Of a stretch of DNA of 64,000 nt, positions 1 to 11,162 are shown piece by piece; position 1 is the first letter of the stretch, and every line of letters starts with the position of its first letter. The notes beneath the pieces were generated by a model. That model had not been told where the DNA came from. It ran no database searches and saw nothing but the letters and a program-made list of their open reading frames with translations. The stretch lies in the NCBI RefSeq assembly GCF_035084215.1, contig NC_090351.1, forward strand, positions 13,640,001-13,704,000. Reading direction: 5' to 3'. The position numbers were made by a program, and so were the translations under genes. This DNA comes from Heptranchias perlo (lineage: Eukaryota).

Positions 1-256
1 CAACTCTCCAGGATTGTCCCGAATTAAAGATTAATCTCCTTGCCACTGCTGCAAGCAACCCGGGAGAAAAATCGTTGGAGCATTTAAAAAAAGTGTGTGC
101 TTTCTTTCATTTTCTTTTGTTTATCAGTTATAAAAATATTGGAGGGGGGGGGTGGGGGGGGGGGGGGGGGAAGAGCTGTTCGACTGGGCGGGGAGTTGGA
201 GGCGGGAGGTCATCGATGAAACCTCCAGGAATACATCTGACCAGAGTTGTAAACCC
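1..256. mobile_element. Degenerate non-autonomous DNA transposon remnant (hAT-like), cut by the window edge
   Basis: Starts caactctccaggat and ends ccagagttgtaaaccc, resembling AGGGTTGCCAAC-type termini. Confidence 0.35.
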
Positions 257-1310
257 GAAGGCTCCAACTGTTGACCCTATCCAGTGATCTGTGCTGGAAA
301 GTCTGTGCGTGTGGGTGTCTGCTGAGTACATGATCACGTTTGGCTCTAGTCCTGATCCCCATCCTGTCAATGAATAGCCTCATTGTCAAGGTTCACACAT
401 GAACAACGGTCACTTAGCTGACCAGGGAGTGGCCAGTGCCTGTGGAACCATACCTAGTAAGAGTCAACACCTTCAGGAAAGGAAGGAAGAAATTTGTAAA
501 ACAAATTCTTAGACCCTGCCCCCTTTCCTTAACTTTTCAGTTTCCAATAGGAATAGATTTACCTTCCTCAGCCTCTCTTTACAACTCAGCAACCTGAAAC
601 CTGGAACCAACCATGTCGTGCGAATTCATGATTAGGTATCGGTGACTTGTGTTGAAAGGAGAGTGTGCACGTGGGGGGTGTGGGGGGGAGTCCACCTCAG
701 GCTGCGAAGAACCTTTTCATGGCAGACTACTTACGAAAAGCCCAGGAGGATTTATGCTTTGCCGTGCAGGACCCTGTAAAATCTACAAGAGAGAGTCAAT
801 TCTCTGCGATTTTGTCATGCAATGCTGGCCTCAAAGATGTTCAAGAATCTTGCGGAATTTTTTTACAAGGAGTTACTGAGTTGGGCGAGGAGGAGAAGGA
901 AGTTGAGGATTACCCCAGAGTGACTATGTAGACATGGCATGTATATAGAACTGGAAAAATAACTCGGCAGTAGCTGCATTTTTTTCTAGTGCAGGATTAC
1001 TGGGTCTCAAACCTCATGCAGTACAAGTGAGTGGCTTGAATTTTGTTGTAAAAAGACATTGAACAAGTCTCCCCTGAGCCCTATATAGAAAAAAAACCAA
1101 CTGCAGAGAGAAAAAAAACATTCCTTCTCTCCAGGGATAAAAACATTACCCACTTTAATCAACTAGGTCAGTCTCTACGTCCTCCTGCATTAAGGAAAAA
1201 CACCTTGTAAACGCTGTTTTCATTTTTATTGCAGTTAATAAAAGGCTTGAGCTCACAGCAACTTCCACCCTTATCTCCTTATCTCCTCCTCTGCATATTT
1301 CTCTCTGCAG

Positions 1311-1528
1311 AATTCCTTGCGGTGGGCTTGGCCACAGAGTGCAGCAGCATCGAGGGAAAGCACTGCCCACTTGTCACCCTCGATGTTGCCCCGTGTCCTG
1401 TTCTGTTACTATATGATGGATGGGTTAGCCATGTGCGTGTAGTTAGTGTTATGCTTGCCCTCTAGGCGCTTACAACTGTATGAAAGCATTAGACTCCCAG
1501 CACCAAGGACACTGCTGTCAACAAAAAG
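1311..1528 (+). other. Candidate upstream exon of the tetraspanin gene (5' UTR or N-terminal extension)
   Basis: Long pyrimidine tract ending ctctctgcag at 1310, and a consensus donor AAG|GTAAGT at 1529. The phase is compatible with the exon starting at 24076. Confidence 0.5.
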
Positions 1529-2034
1529 GTAAGTTGAACTGGATGTAATTTAGCTGTGAAATATCATGCATTTGTAATAATCTATTTTTCTAAAGCTATT
1601 GGGATTTTACTGGTATATAAAATATTGAATGTATGAGAGGTACTTGTGTGAACTCTGAGTCTGTGACTTCTGAAAAGGAACACCCTGTATCAACTAAAAT
1701 ATTCCCTTTATTCTACTATTCCTATTAATCAAATATTGTAGAATGTACAGGGATTTTCTGCTGATTCTGTTACCTTTATAATTCATGGCAACTAATTTTC
1801 TCAAAACCTTTCCCCAGCACAAACTTGTACTTGTAGGTTTGCTCTGCAGACAGCATTAGCAATATTTCCTTAACTGCCAGTGTATCAGATTCAAAAAGTC
1901 TGGGACGGAGAGTTGAGTTGGGAGGGTGAGTGCAGGGATGTTGCGCAAGTTAACCTATTTTAGTGATGCAAGGATCAAAAATTACCAGTGCCTGAAAATC
2001 CTTGCAGTGACTGCTTCGAGTACTGTCATTTACA

Positions 2035-2088
2035 TGTTATAAAATTGTTTACAATTGTCAACCCCAGTCCATCACCGGCATCTCCACA
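2035..2088 (+). mobile_element. Short 3'-end stub of the Penelope-like hammerhead family
   Basis: aaaattgtttacaattgtcaaccccagtccatcaccggcatctccacatca is identical to the end of the 61.4-kb copy; flanked by the direct repeat TCATTTACA (2026-2034 and 2089-2097). Confidence 0.85.
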
Positions 2089-2794
2089 TCATTTACAACA
2101 TCCACTGTTTGCTATCGGTGACTGATAGGGTGTGAAATCCCTGTGTTGTGAATGCTGGTCACTGAAGCAATCACTGCTGATTTTAATAGTGACATCTGGA
2201 GTCTTGCACTACTGAGGGATGAATGTTTATGGCTGGAAGTTGTGGGGCTGTGCATTGGGTGGGAAAATTACAAGTGCTGCGATTACACGGTGAGAGGTGC
2301 AGTTAGACAGCTCTCTTTTTAGGCGATAACATAGCACAGCTGTGCTCAAACACATGTACTTCCGCAGGGGTTTTAGCAAAATTAAAATAGGTCATCAATA
2401 ATTGATGTAAGAAATCAATATTTGGAGGTAACTTCACAACAGGCAGAACTCTCTGTGTGGGGCTGAGGGCAATCTGCATGACCAGAAGTGAAAAGATTAA
2501 ATGCAACTGCTAGGATGTTCAGTGACAGTGACATCTCATGCTGGTTTTTGGATGTTGTTATGTAATGATGGGCACCTCTCGACTAACACCGCTGTATTAA
2601 TGAAGTGTTAGTACCTTCATCGTAACCACATAGGAACCCTGTCTAAAGTTTCCCACTTTATAATTGTCACTGCAATTGATTAACTGCCCGTGTTTCTGTT
2701 CATATAAAACTCGACCAGTGGCCTCTCATTTGTTCCTTTCTAAAAGCATATCTGGATAAGTGATTCAAAGGAGAGATTATATTAGAGTAGGTCG

Positions 2795-3012
2795 AGGTTA
2801 AAGATCCCATGGCATTATTTGAAGAAGAGCATGGAGTTCACCTGGTGTCCTCTCTTACCCACCATCAAAGACTGCTATTCATCTCGTTGTTGGTGGGATC
2901 TTGCTGTGTGCAAAATGGCTGCTGCATTTGCCTAACAGTGACTGCATTGTAATTCATTGTATGCAAAGCGTTTTGGGATTTTCTGAGAGATATGCTGTAT
3001 AAATGCAAGTCT
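2795..3012 (+). mobile_element. Deu-domain SINE 3' fragment
   Basis: aaagatcccatggcattatttgaagaagagc...tataaatgcaag, shared with the full copies at 17891 and 25863. Confidence 0.75.
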
Positions 3013-3382
3013 GTCCAATGTGCGGCTTGCACTGGCACAGGCATAATAGGCTGACTGGGTTCCTTCTGTGCTGAAATGCCAGTGGTTTTTGTGTACAGTA
3101 TTGAGTTTGTAAAAACATTTGTACAAACTAGTCCTACTCACTATGGTTGAATGGAACGATGGATTGTGTTCCCTAAACCTTCACCTCATTATCATAACAA
3201 ATAACTCTTATTGGTCAGCTTGGCTACATACAGCTGTGGGATCAGCAGCTGGTTATAAAGTGCCATCACATAGGGTCTGGGAGCAGTTTGCCTGCCTACC
3301 TTGTGGACCTGGTAAAGGCACAGTAAAACATAAAAGAAGGGAGGAGGAGGAATGTATATTATTTTTAAAAAGATGGGATAAA

Positions 3383-3790
3383 AGGGCTCAGTGGGTAAAT
3401 GCACCATTGGCTGTGAACCTGAACCACACAAACCCGAAAGGCCCCAGGTTGGTTCGATCCCCAGTGTGCACTGAGTTATCTGATCCTAGCTAGGTTCAAG
3501 GTACAAATTATCCTCAATTAGTGGGCCACGAGCTGTCGAAGTGTCCAAGGTTCATGCTCCTGATTGCTTTCTGATAACCTCCCCCACCCCCCCTCCACAA
3601 CCCCCACATGTGTGGACATCAGGCAGGGACAGGAACGAGCTCGGTTGTGATGCACTCCATGGTTAAATAGCCTGCTGACACTCACTGTGCAGACTTTCGC
3701 ATGAAGAATAGCCCCTTGGATGAGGTGTACTGGAGCAGAACCAGCACCGGTAGAGCTGTACTTCAGCATGAGTCAGGAGGGAAGGGGATA
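3383..3790 (+). mobile_element. Old tRNA-derived SINE-like family; related fragments near 276-490, 18870-18970, 28400-28490, 37230-37400 (-), 55340-55615, 59200-59430, 62720-62980 (-)
   Basis: A-box-like GGCTCAGTGG and B-box GGTTCGATCC; recurring body motifs (tacaattggcctcag, ccagtgacccctgctggaaagtg, catgaagaatggccacttgg) across the window. Confidence 0.55.
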
Positions 3791-4077
3791 TGTGAGGGAT
3801 CAAAAAGGTAAAATGACCTTTAAGTAATTAAATAAGAAATGAGTCTTTGGGTATATTCTGTTCCATTTGCTAATGATAATGAGAAAGTCGGTGTGAACGT
3901 AAAGCAGGGAAGCCCCATGTTAATACTAACACTGACTTCCCTAATGTTAGTGAATGGAAGGAAATGTCCCCTTCTAGGTGCAGCTCTTCATTCCTGAGGG
4001 CCTGGTACCTTGGACCGCTGTCTCTCAATCTCCACTACCTGCCCTTGGTTCGGAATTACTCCTTTTGGAGGAACATG

Positions 4078-4284
4078 ACCCTCAACCAACATCACTAAAA
4101 AACAGATTATCTGGTCATTATCACATTGCTGTTTGTGGGACCTTGCTGTGCGCAAATTGGCTGCCATGTTTCTTACATGACAACAGGGACTACACTACAA
4201 AAAGTACTTCATTGGCTGTAAAGCACTTCGGGAGGTTCTGAGGTAGTGAAAGGCGCTATATAAATGCAAGTCTTTCTTTCTTTC
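4078..4284 (+). mobile_element. Deu-domain SINE 3' fragment
   Basis: ccctcaaccaacatcactaaaaacagattatctgg...ggcgctatataaatgcaagtctttc. Confidence 0.8.
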
Positions 4285-4816
4285 TTAAATGTCTCCCAAA
4301 TAACCGAACAATAACACATTAACAAAAAATGAAATTTAACGTTCAGAATGGTGAAGTATATTCGTTGTTTAACAAAGTGCGATTCAGTGTCAGGAGAAAC
4401 TAGACTGGAAAGAAAACTTAAAAACCGGCCCTCAGCATTTCCCAATTTGCCTGCTCAGTGGTTATGTGCAGACTGGAAACATTTAAATATGATTGTTTTC
4501 GATATCTTGATCTATGCATCTACATAATGGAATTATATTGCTCCATCTCTGCCAAAATCTGAGGCTTTGATTATTTCAAGCTTTTGAAATATAATATATT
4601 CAGTCTGAAAGGCACTGTAGAACTGGAGTAAAATAAGCTCCCCAGGCACTGTTACCAGCCTAAATAAATGGCTACAATAGTCGTGCATGCCAAATTCACA
4701 AAGGCTTGAGCCAAAACAGTTATCCCATGTAAACAGGTTCCATTTCTTTCGCAGGCAACAATAGGGAATAGTAAGTACAAAGTGTAGATGGTCTCTGTAT
4801 GTTTGATAATAAGAGC

Positions 4817-7800
4817 AGAAGAACATAAGAAATAGGAGCAGGAGTAGACCATACGGCCCCTCGAGCCTGCTCCGCCATTCAATAAGATCGTGGCCTCAAC
4901 TCCACTTTCCCGCCCAATCCCCTTATCCCTTGATTCCCTTAGAGTCCAAAAATCTATCGAGCTCAGCCTTGAATATACTCAACGACTGAGCATCCACAGC
5001 CCTCTGGGTAGAGAATTCCAAAAATTCACAACCCTCTGAGTGAAGGAATTTATAGACTTATAGAAAGGTTACAGCAGGGAAGGAAGCCATTTGGCCCATC
5101 GAGTCTGTGCCGGATCTCCTCATATCAGTCCTAAATGGCCAACCTCTTATCCTGAGACTATGCCCCCTAGTTCTAGACTCTCCAGCCAGTGGAAACAGCC
5201 TCTCAGCATCTACCCTGTCAAGTTCTCTCAGAATCTCATATGTTTCAATGAGATCACCTCTCATTCTTCTAAACTCGAGAGAGTAAAGGCCCATTCTAGT
5301 CAATCTCTCCTCGTAAGACAATCCTCTCATCCCAGGAATCAATCTAGCGAACCTTTGTTGCACCGCCTCGAAGGCAAGTATATCCTTCCTTAGGTAAGGA
5401 GACCAAAACTGTACACAGTACTCCAGGTGTGGTCTCACCAAAGACCTATATAATTGCAGCAAGACTTCCTTACTCTTGTACTCCAACCCCCTTGCAATAA
5501 AGGCCAACATACTATTTGCCTTCATAATTTCTTTCGATACCTGCAGGTTAACTTCCTGTGTTTCATGTACAAGGACACCCAATTCCCTCTGAACACCAAC
5601 ATTTAATAGTTTCTCACCATTTAAAACAATTCTGTTTTTCAATTCTTCCTACCAAAGTGAATAACCTCACATTTTCACAAAGTGAATATACTCCATCTGC
5701 CACCTTCTTGCCTACTCACTTAACCTGTCTATATCCTTTGCAGACGCTTTGTGTCCTCCTCACAGCTTACTTTCCCACCTAGCTTCGTATCATCAGCAAA
5801 CTTGGTTACATTACGCTCAGTCCCTTCATTAAGTCATTGATATATATTGTAAATAGCTGAGCCCAAGCACTGATCCTTGCGGCACCCCACTAGTAACAGC
5901 CTGCCAACCTGAAAATGTCCTGTTTATTCCTACTCTCTGTTTTCTGTCCGTAAACCAATCCTCTATCCATGCTAATATATTACCCCCAACCCTAGAGACT
6001 TATCTTGTGTAATAACCTTTTATGTGGCACCTTAACGAATGCCTTATGAAAATCCTAATATACTACATCCACTGGTTCCCCTTTATCTACCCTGCTCGTT
6101 ACATCCTTAAGAAGCTCTAATAGATTTGTCAAACACAATTTCCCTTCCATAAAACTATGTTGAGTCTGCCTAATCATATTATGATTTTCTAAGTGTCCTG
6201 TTACCACATCCTTAATAATGTATTCCAGCATTTTCCCGATAACTGATGTTAGGCTAATTGGCCTGTAGTTACCCGTTTTCTCTCTCCTTTTCTTGAATAG
6301 CAGTGTTACATTTGCTACCTTCCAATCCACTAGGACCGTTCTAGAATCTAGGGAATTTTGGAAGATCACAACCAATGCATTGACTATCTCTGCAGCCACC
6401 TCTTTTAGAACCCTAGAATGTAGGCCATCAGATCCAAGGGATTTGTCGGCATTTAGTCCCATTAATTTCTCCTGTACTTTTTCTTTACTAATTTAATAAC
6501 TAAGTTGCTCACTCTAATTAGCCCCTTGGTTCCCTACTATTTCTGGTCTTTTTTTTGTGTCTTCTACTTTCATATAAAGACAGATACAAAATAGTTGTTT
6601 AAAGTCTCTGCCATTTCCTTATTCCCCATTATAACTTCTCAGCCTCTAAGGGACTCATGTTTACTTTCGCTGCTCACTTCCTTTTTATATACTTGTAGAA
6701 GTTCTTACAATCTTTTTATATTTCCTGCTAGTTTACTCTCATATTCTATTTTCTCCATTTTTATTAGTTTTTTGGTCATCCTTTGCTGGTTTCTAAAACT
6801 TTCCCAATCCTCAGGCCTACTACTCTTCTTGGCAACATTATAAGCCTCTTCTTTTAATCTAATACTATCCTTAACTTCTTTAGTTAGCCATGGATGGATC
6901 ACTTTTCCTGTGGAGTTTTTATTTCTCAATGGAATATATATTCGTTGGGAATTATGAAATATTTTTTAGATGTTCGCCATTGCTTATCTACCCACCATTT
7001 CTTTTATTCCAATCTTTCCCAATTTACCTTAGCCAACTCATATCTATGTAATTGGCTTTGTTTAAGTTAAAGACTCTAATTTCGGACTTAAGTACATCGC
7101 TCTCGAACTCAATATGAAATTCTATCATATTATGATCACTCTTCCCCAGAGGATCCCTTACTATGAGATTACTAATTAACCCTGTCTCTTCACACAAGAC
7201 AAGATTTAAAATAGCCTGTTCCCTGGTTGGTTCTATGATGTATTGTTTTAGGAAACTGCCTCGAATGCATTCCATGAACTTGTCCTCCAAACTACTTTTG
7301 CCAATTTGATTTGCCCAGTCTATATGGAGATTAAAATCCCCCATGATTATTGCATACCTTTGTTACAAGCTCCTCCTATTTCTTGATTAATACTCTGTCC
7401 AACAGTATAACTACTGCCTCTTGTTATTCTTATCTCCACCCATACTGATTCTATATCCTGATCCTCCTTGCCAAGATCCTTTCTCACTACTATTCTTATG
7501 TCATCCTTTATTATCAGTGGTACACCCGCTCTCCTTTTCCATTTTGTCTGCCTTTTCGAAAAATCAAGTACCCTGGAATGTTTAGTTCCCAACCTTGCTC
7601 ACCTTGCAACCATGATCTAGTATTGGCTACTAGATCAAACCCATTTATCTCTACTTGTGCCATTAATTCGTCTATCTTGTTACGAATGCTTCATGCATTC
7701 ATATAAAGCGCCTTTACTTTTAACTTTTTACTATTTTACTATTCTTACTATTTTTCCCTGATTTGACTTTATTCACTGATGCACTATTACCATTAAACTC

Positions 7801-9030
7801 TCTGTCCCTTCCTGTCACACTCTGCTTATCTTTACCCAAATCGCTACACTGCTCCATGGCCTTGACTTTTCTCTTTAGATTTACAAATTTCCCCTCACCT
7901 GAACCCTCCCCCCACTTTTAGTTTAAAGCCCTATCTACAGCCCTAGTTATATGATTCGCCAGGATACTGGTCCCAGCTCGGTTTAAGTGGAGCCCATCCC
8001 AACGGAACAGCTCCCTCTTTCCTCAGTACCGGTGTCAGTGCCCCATGAATTGAAATCCCTGTCTTCCACATCACTCTTTGAACCACGCATTTAACTCTCT
8101 GATCTGTTTGTCCCTATGCCTATTTGCGCGTGGCTCAGGTAGTAAACCCGAGATTATTACCTTTGAGGTTCTGTTTATTAATTTGGACCCTAGCTCCTCA
8201 AACTCCCCCAGTAGAACCTCGTTCCTAGTTGTACCCATGTCATTGGTTCCTACGTGGACCACGACAACTAGATCCTCCCCCTCATGCTCCAAGTTCTTTT
8301 CTAGCTGCGAGTAGATATCCTTAACCCTGGCAGGCAACACAGCCTTCAGGACTCCCGGTCGCGGCTGCAGAGAACAGTATCTATTCCCCTGACTGTACTA
8401 TCCCCTACCACTACCACATTCCTTTTTACTTCCCCCACTTGAATGGCCTCCTATACCATGGTGCCGTGGTCATTTTGCCCATCCTCTCTGCAGTCTTTGT
8501 TCTCATCCATACGGGTAGCAAGTACCTTGTACCTACTGGACAAGGTCAAAGGCTGAGGCTCCTCCCTCGTACCTGCCTGAGTCACAGTCACATCCTCCTG
8601 TCCCTGATCACTAACCAAATCTAAACTGCTACCTAAGCTAAGGGGCGTGACTGCCTTCTGGATCAAGGTGTCCAGATATGTCTCCCCCTCCCTGATGCAT
8701 TGCATTGTCTGCAGCTCGGACTCCAGCCCAACAAGTCTGAGCTGAGAAGTTCCTCTCAAGTTGCAGACACTTATTGCAGATGTGGTTGCCTGGGATCACG
8801 CTGGTCTCCACAAATTCCCACATGCTGCCGTTACGACATATTACCTGCCCTGCCACCTCTGTCTAACCTTCTTTTATATGTTTAATTAGTTAAAATTTTT
8901 ATTCATTTAATATTTTTAGTTTTATTAGCTCTTAGTTTAACCCACTGCCCTAGTTTAGGGAGAAATAAACGGTAATATTCACCAACCAGTCAGCTACCTG
9001 CTGTCCTGTGACGTCATTCCTTGATTATTT
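4817..9030 (-). mobile_element. Near full-length, decayed CR1 LINE (ORF1 with Zn-finger and SGNH esterase; ORF2 with APE endonuclease and RT)
   Basis: ORF fragments: C..CSMWE...HICNKC (8638-8856), VVHVGTND...IISGLLP (8071-8340), MGDFN...SDHN (7024-7344), GNYRPISLTS (6055-6462), LVRPHLEYCVQFWSP (5058-5642); CR1 3' tail at about 4817. Many stops and frameshifts. Confidence 0.92.
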
Positions 9031-9244
9031 TTTTCTCCCTCCGCTGCTCCTTTATATCCGGCCGCTGGGGGGGGATTCCTGGCCACTGGGAGGGATTCCC
9101 GCCTGCTGGAGGGGATTCCCATGCTTTCTCATAATAGAGTTTTGGAGAAAATCATTTCAAAATTAAGAAGAATTAAGAAAAACTAAAGATTGTGTTAGCA
9201 AATGCACTTTCAACAGGGGATAATTGGAAATATATTCAATAGAA

Positions 9245-11146
9245 TAGCTACAAAAATAGAGTATGAAAAGAAACTTGCAAGGGATATCAAAACCAATACG
9301 AAGAACTTTTAGTTACATTAGGAAAAAGAGGGTGGTCAGGAGCAGTGTTGGCCCCTTAAAAACTGAAAGTGGGGATATTGTCATTGACAATAGGGAAATG
9401 GCAGACATGTTGAACAATTACTTTGCGTCAGTATTTACAGTAGAAAAAGAGGATAGCATGCCGGAAATCCCAAGAAAACTAATATTGAATCGGGGATAGG
9501 GACTCGATAAAATTAACATAAGTAAAGCAACAGTAATGAAGAAAATAATAGCACTAAAGAGTGACAAATCCCCAGGACCAGATGGTTTCCATCCCAGGGT
9601 TTTAAAGGAAGAAGGTGAGCACATTGCAGATGCCCTAACTATAATCTTTCAAGGTTCTCTAGATTCAGGAACTGTCCCTCTAGATTGGAAAATTGCACAT
9701 GTCACTCCGCTTTTTAAGAAAGGAGAGAGAGGGAAACCAGGGAATTATAGACCAGTTAGCCTAACATCTGTTGTGGGGAAAATGCTGGAGTCTATAATTA
9801 AGTATAGGGTGACTGAACACCTCGAGAATTTTCAGTTAATCGGTGAGAGCCAGCATGGATTTGTGAAAGTTAGGTCGTGCCTGACAAACCTGATTGAATT
9901 TTTTGAAGAGGTGACTAAAGTAGTGGACAGGGGAATGTCAATGGATGTTATTTATATGGACTTCCAGAAGGCATTTGATAAGGTCCCACGTAAGAGACTG
10001 TTAGCTTAGATAGAAGCCCATGGAATCGAGGGAAAAGTACGGACTTGGTTAGGAAGTTGGCTGAGCGAAAGGCGACAGAGAGTAGGGATAATGGGTAGGT
10101 ACTCACATTGGCAGGATGTGACTAGTGGAGTCCTGCAGGGATCTGTCTTGGTGCCTCAATTATTCACAATATTTATTAACAACTTAGATGAAGGCATAGA
10201 AAGTCTCATCTAAATTTGCCGATGACACAAAGATTGGTGGCATTGTAAGCAGTGTAGATGAAAACATAAAATTACAAAGGGATATTGATAGATTAGATGA
10301 ATGGGCAAAACTGTGGCAAATGGAATTCAATGTAGGCAAATGTGAGGTCATCCACTTTGGATCAAAAAAAGGATAGAACAGAGTACTTTCCAAATGGTAA
10401 AAAGTTAAAAACAGTGGATGTCCAAAGGGACTTAGGGGTTCAGGTACATAGATCATTGCTGTGTCATGAACAGGTGCAGAAAATAATCAAGAAGGCTAAT
10501 GGAATGCTGGCCTTTATATCTAGAGGACTAGAGTACAAGGGGGCAGAAGTTATTCTGCAGCTATACAAAACCCTGGTTAGACCGCACCTGGAGCACTGTG
10601 AGCAGTTCTGGGCACCGCACCTTCGGAAGGACATATTGGCCTTGGAGGGAGTGCAGCGTAGGTTTACTAGAATGATACCCGGACTTCAAGGGTTAAGTTA
10701 CGAGGAGAGATTACACAAATTGGGGTTGTATTCTCCAGAGTTTAGAAGGTTGAATGGTGATCTGATCGAAGTTTATATGATATTAAGGGGAACAGATAGG
10801 GTGGATAGAGAGAAACTATTTCCGCTGATTGGGGATTCTAGGAGTCGGGGGCACAGTCCAAAAATTAGAGCCAGACCTTTCAGGAGTGAGATTAGAAAAC
10901 ATTTCTACACACAAAGGGTGGTAGAAGTTTGGAACTCTCTTCCACAAATGGCAATTGATACTAGCTCAATTGCTAAATTTAAATCTGAGATAGATAGCTT
11001 TTTGGCAACCAAAGGTATTAAGGGATATGGGCCAAAGGCAGGTATATGGAGTTAGATCACAGATCAGCCATGATCTTATCAAATGGCAGAGCAGGCATGA
11101 GGGGCTGAATGGCCTACTCCTGTTCCTATGTTCCTATGTTTCCTAT
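9245..11146 (+). mobile_element. 5'-truncated CR1 LINE (RT region, disrupted)
   Basis: KSPGPDGFHPRVLKE, GNYRPVSLTS, DFQKAFDKV, FADD, LVRPHLE; 3' tail (ttcctatg)n. Confidence 0.95.
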
Positions 11147-11162
11147 AAAGCCAAGGATCTCA

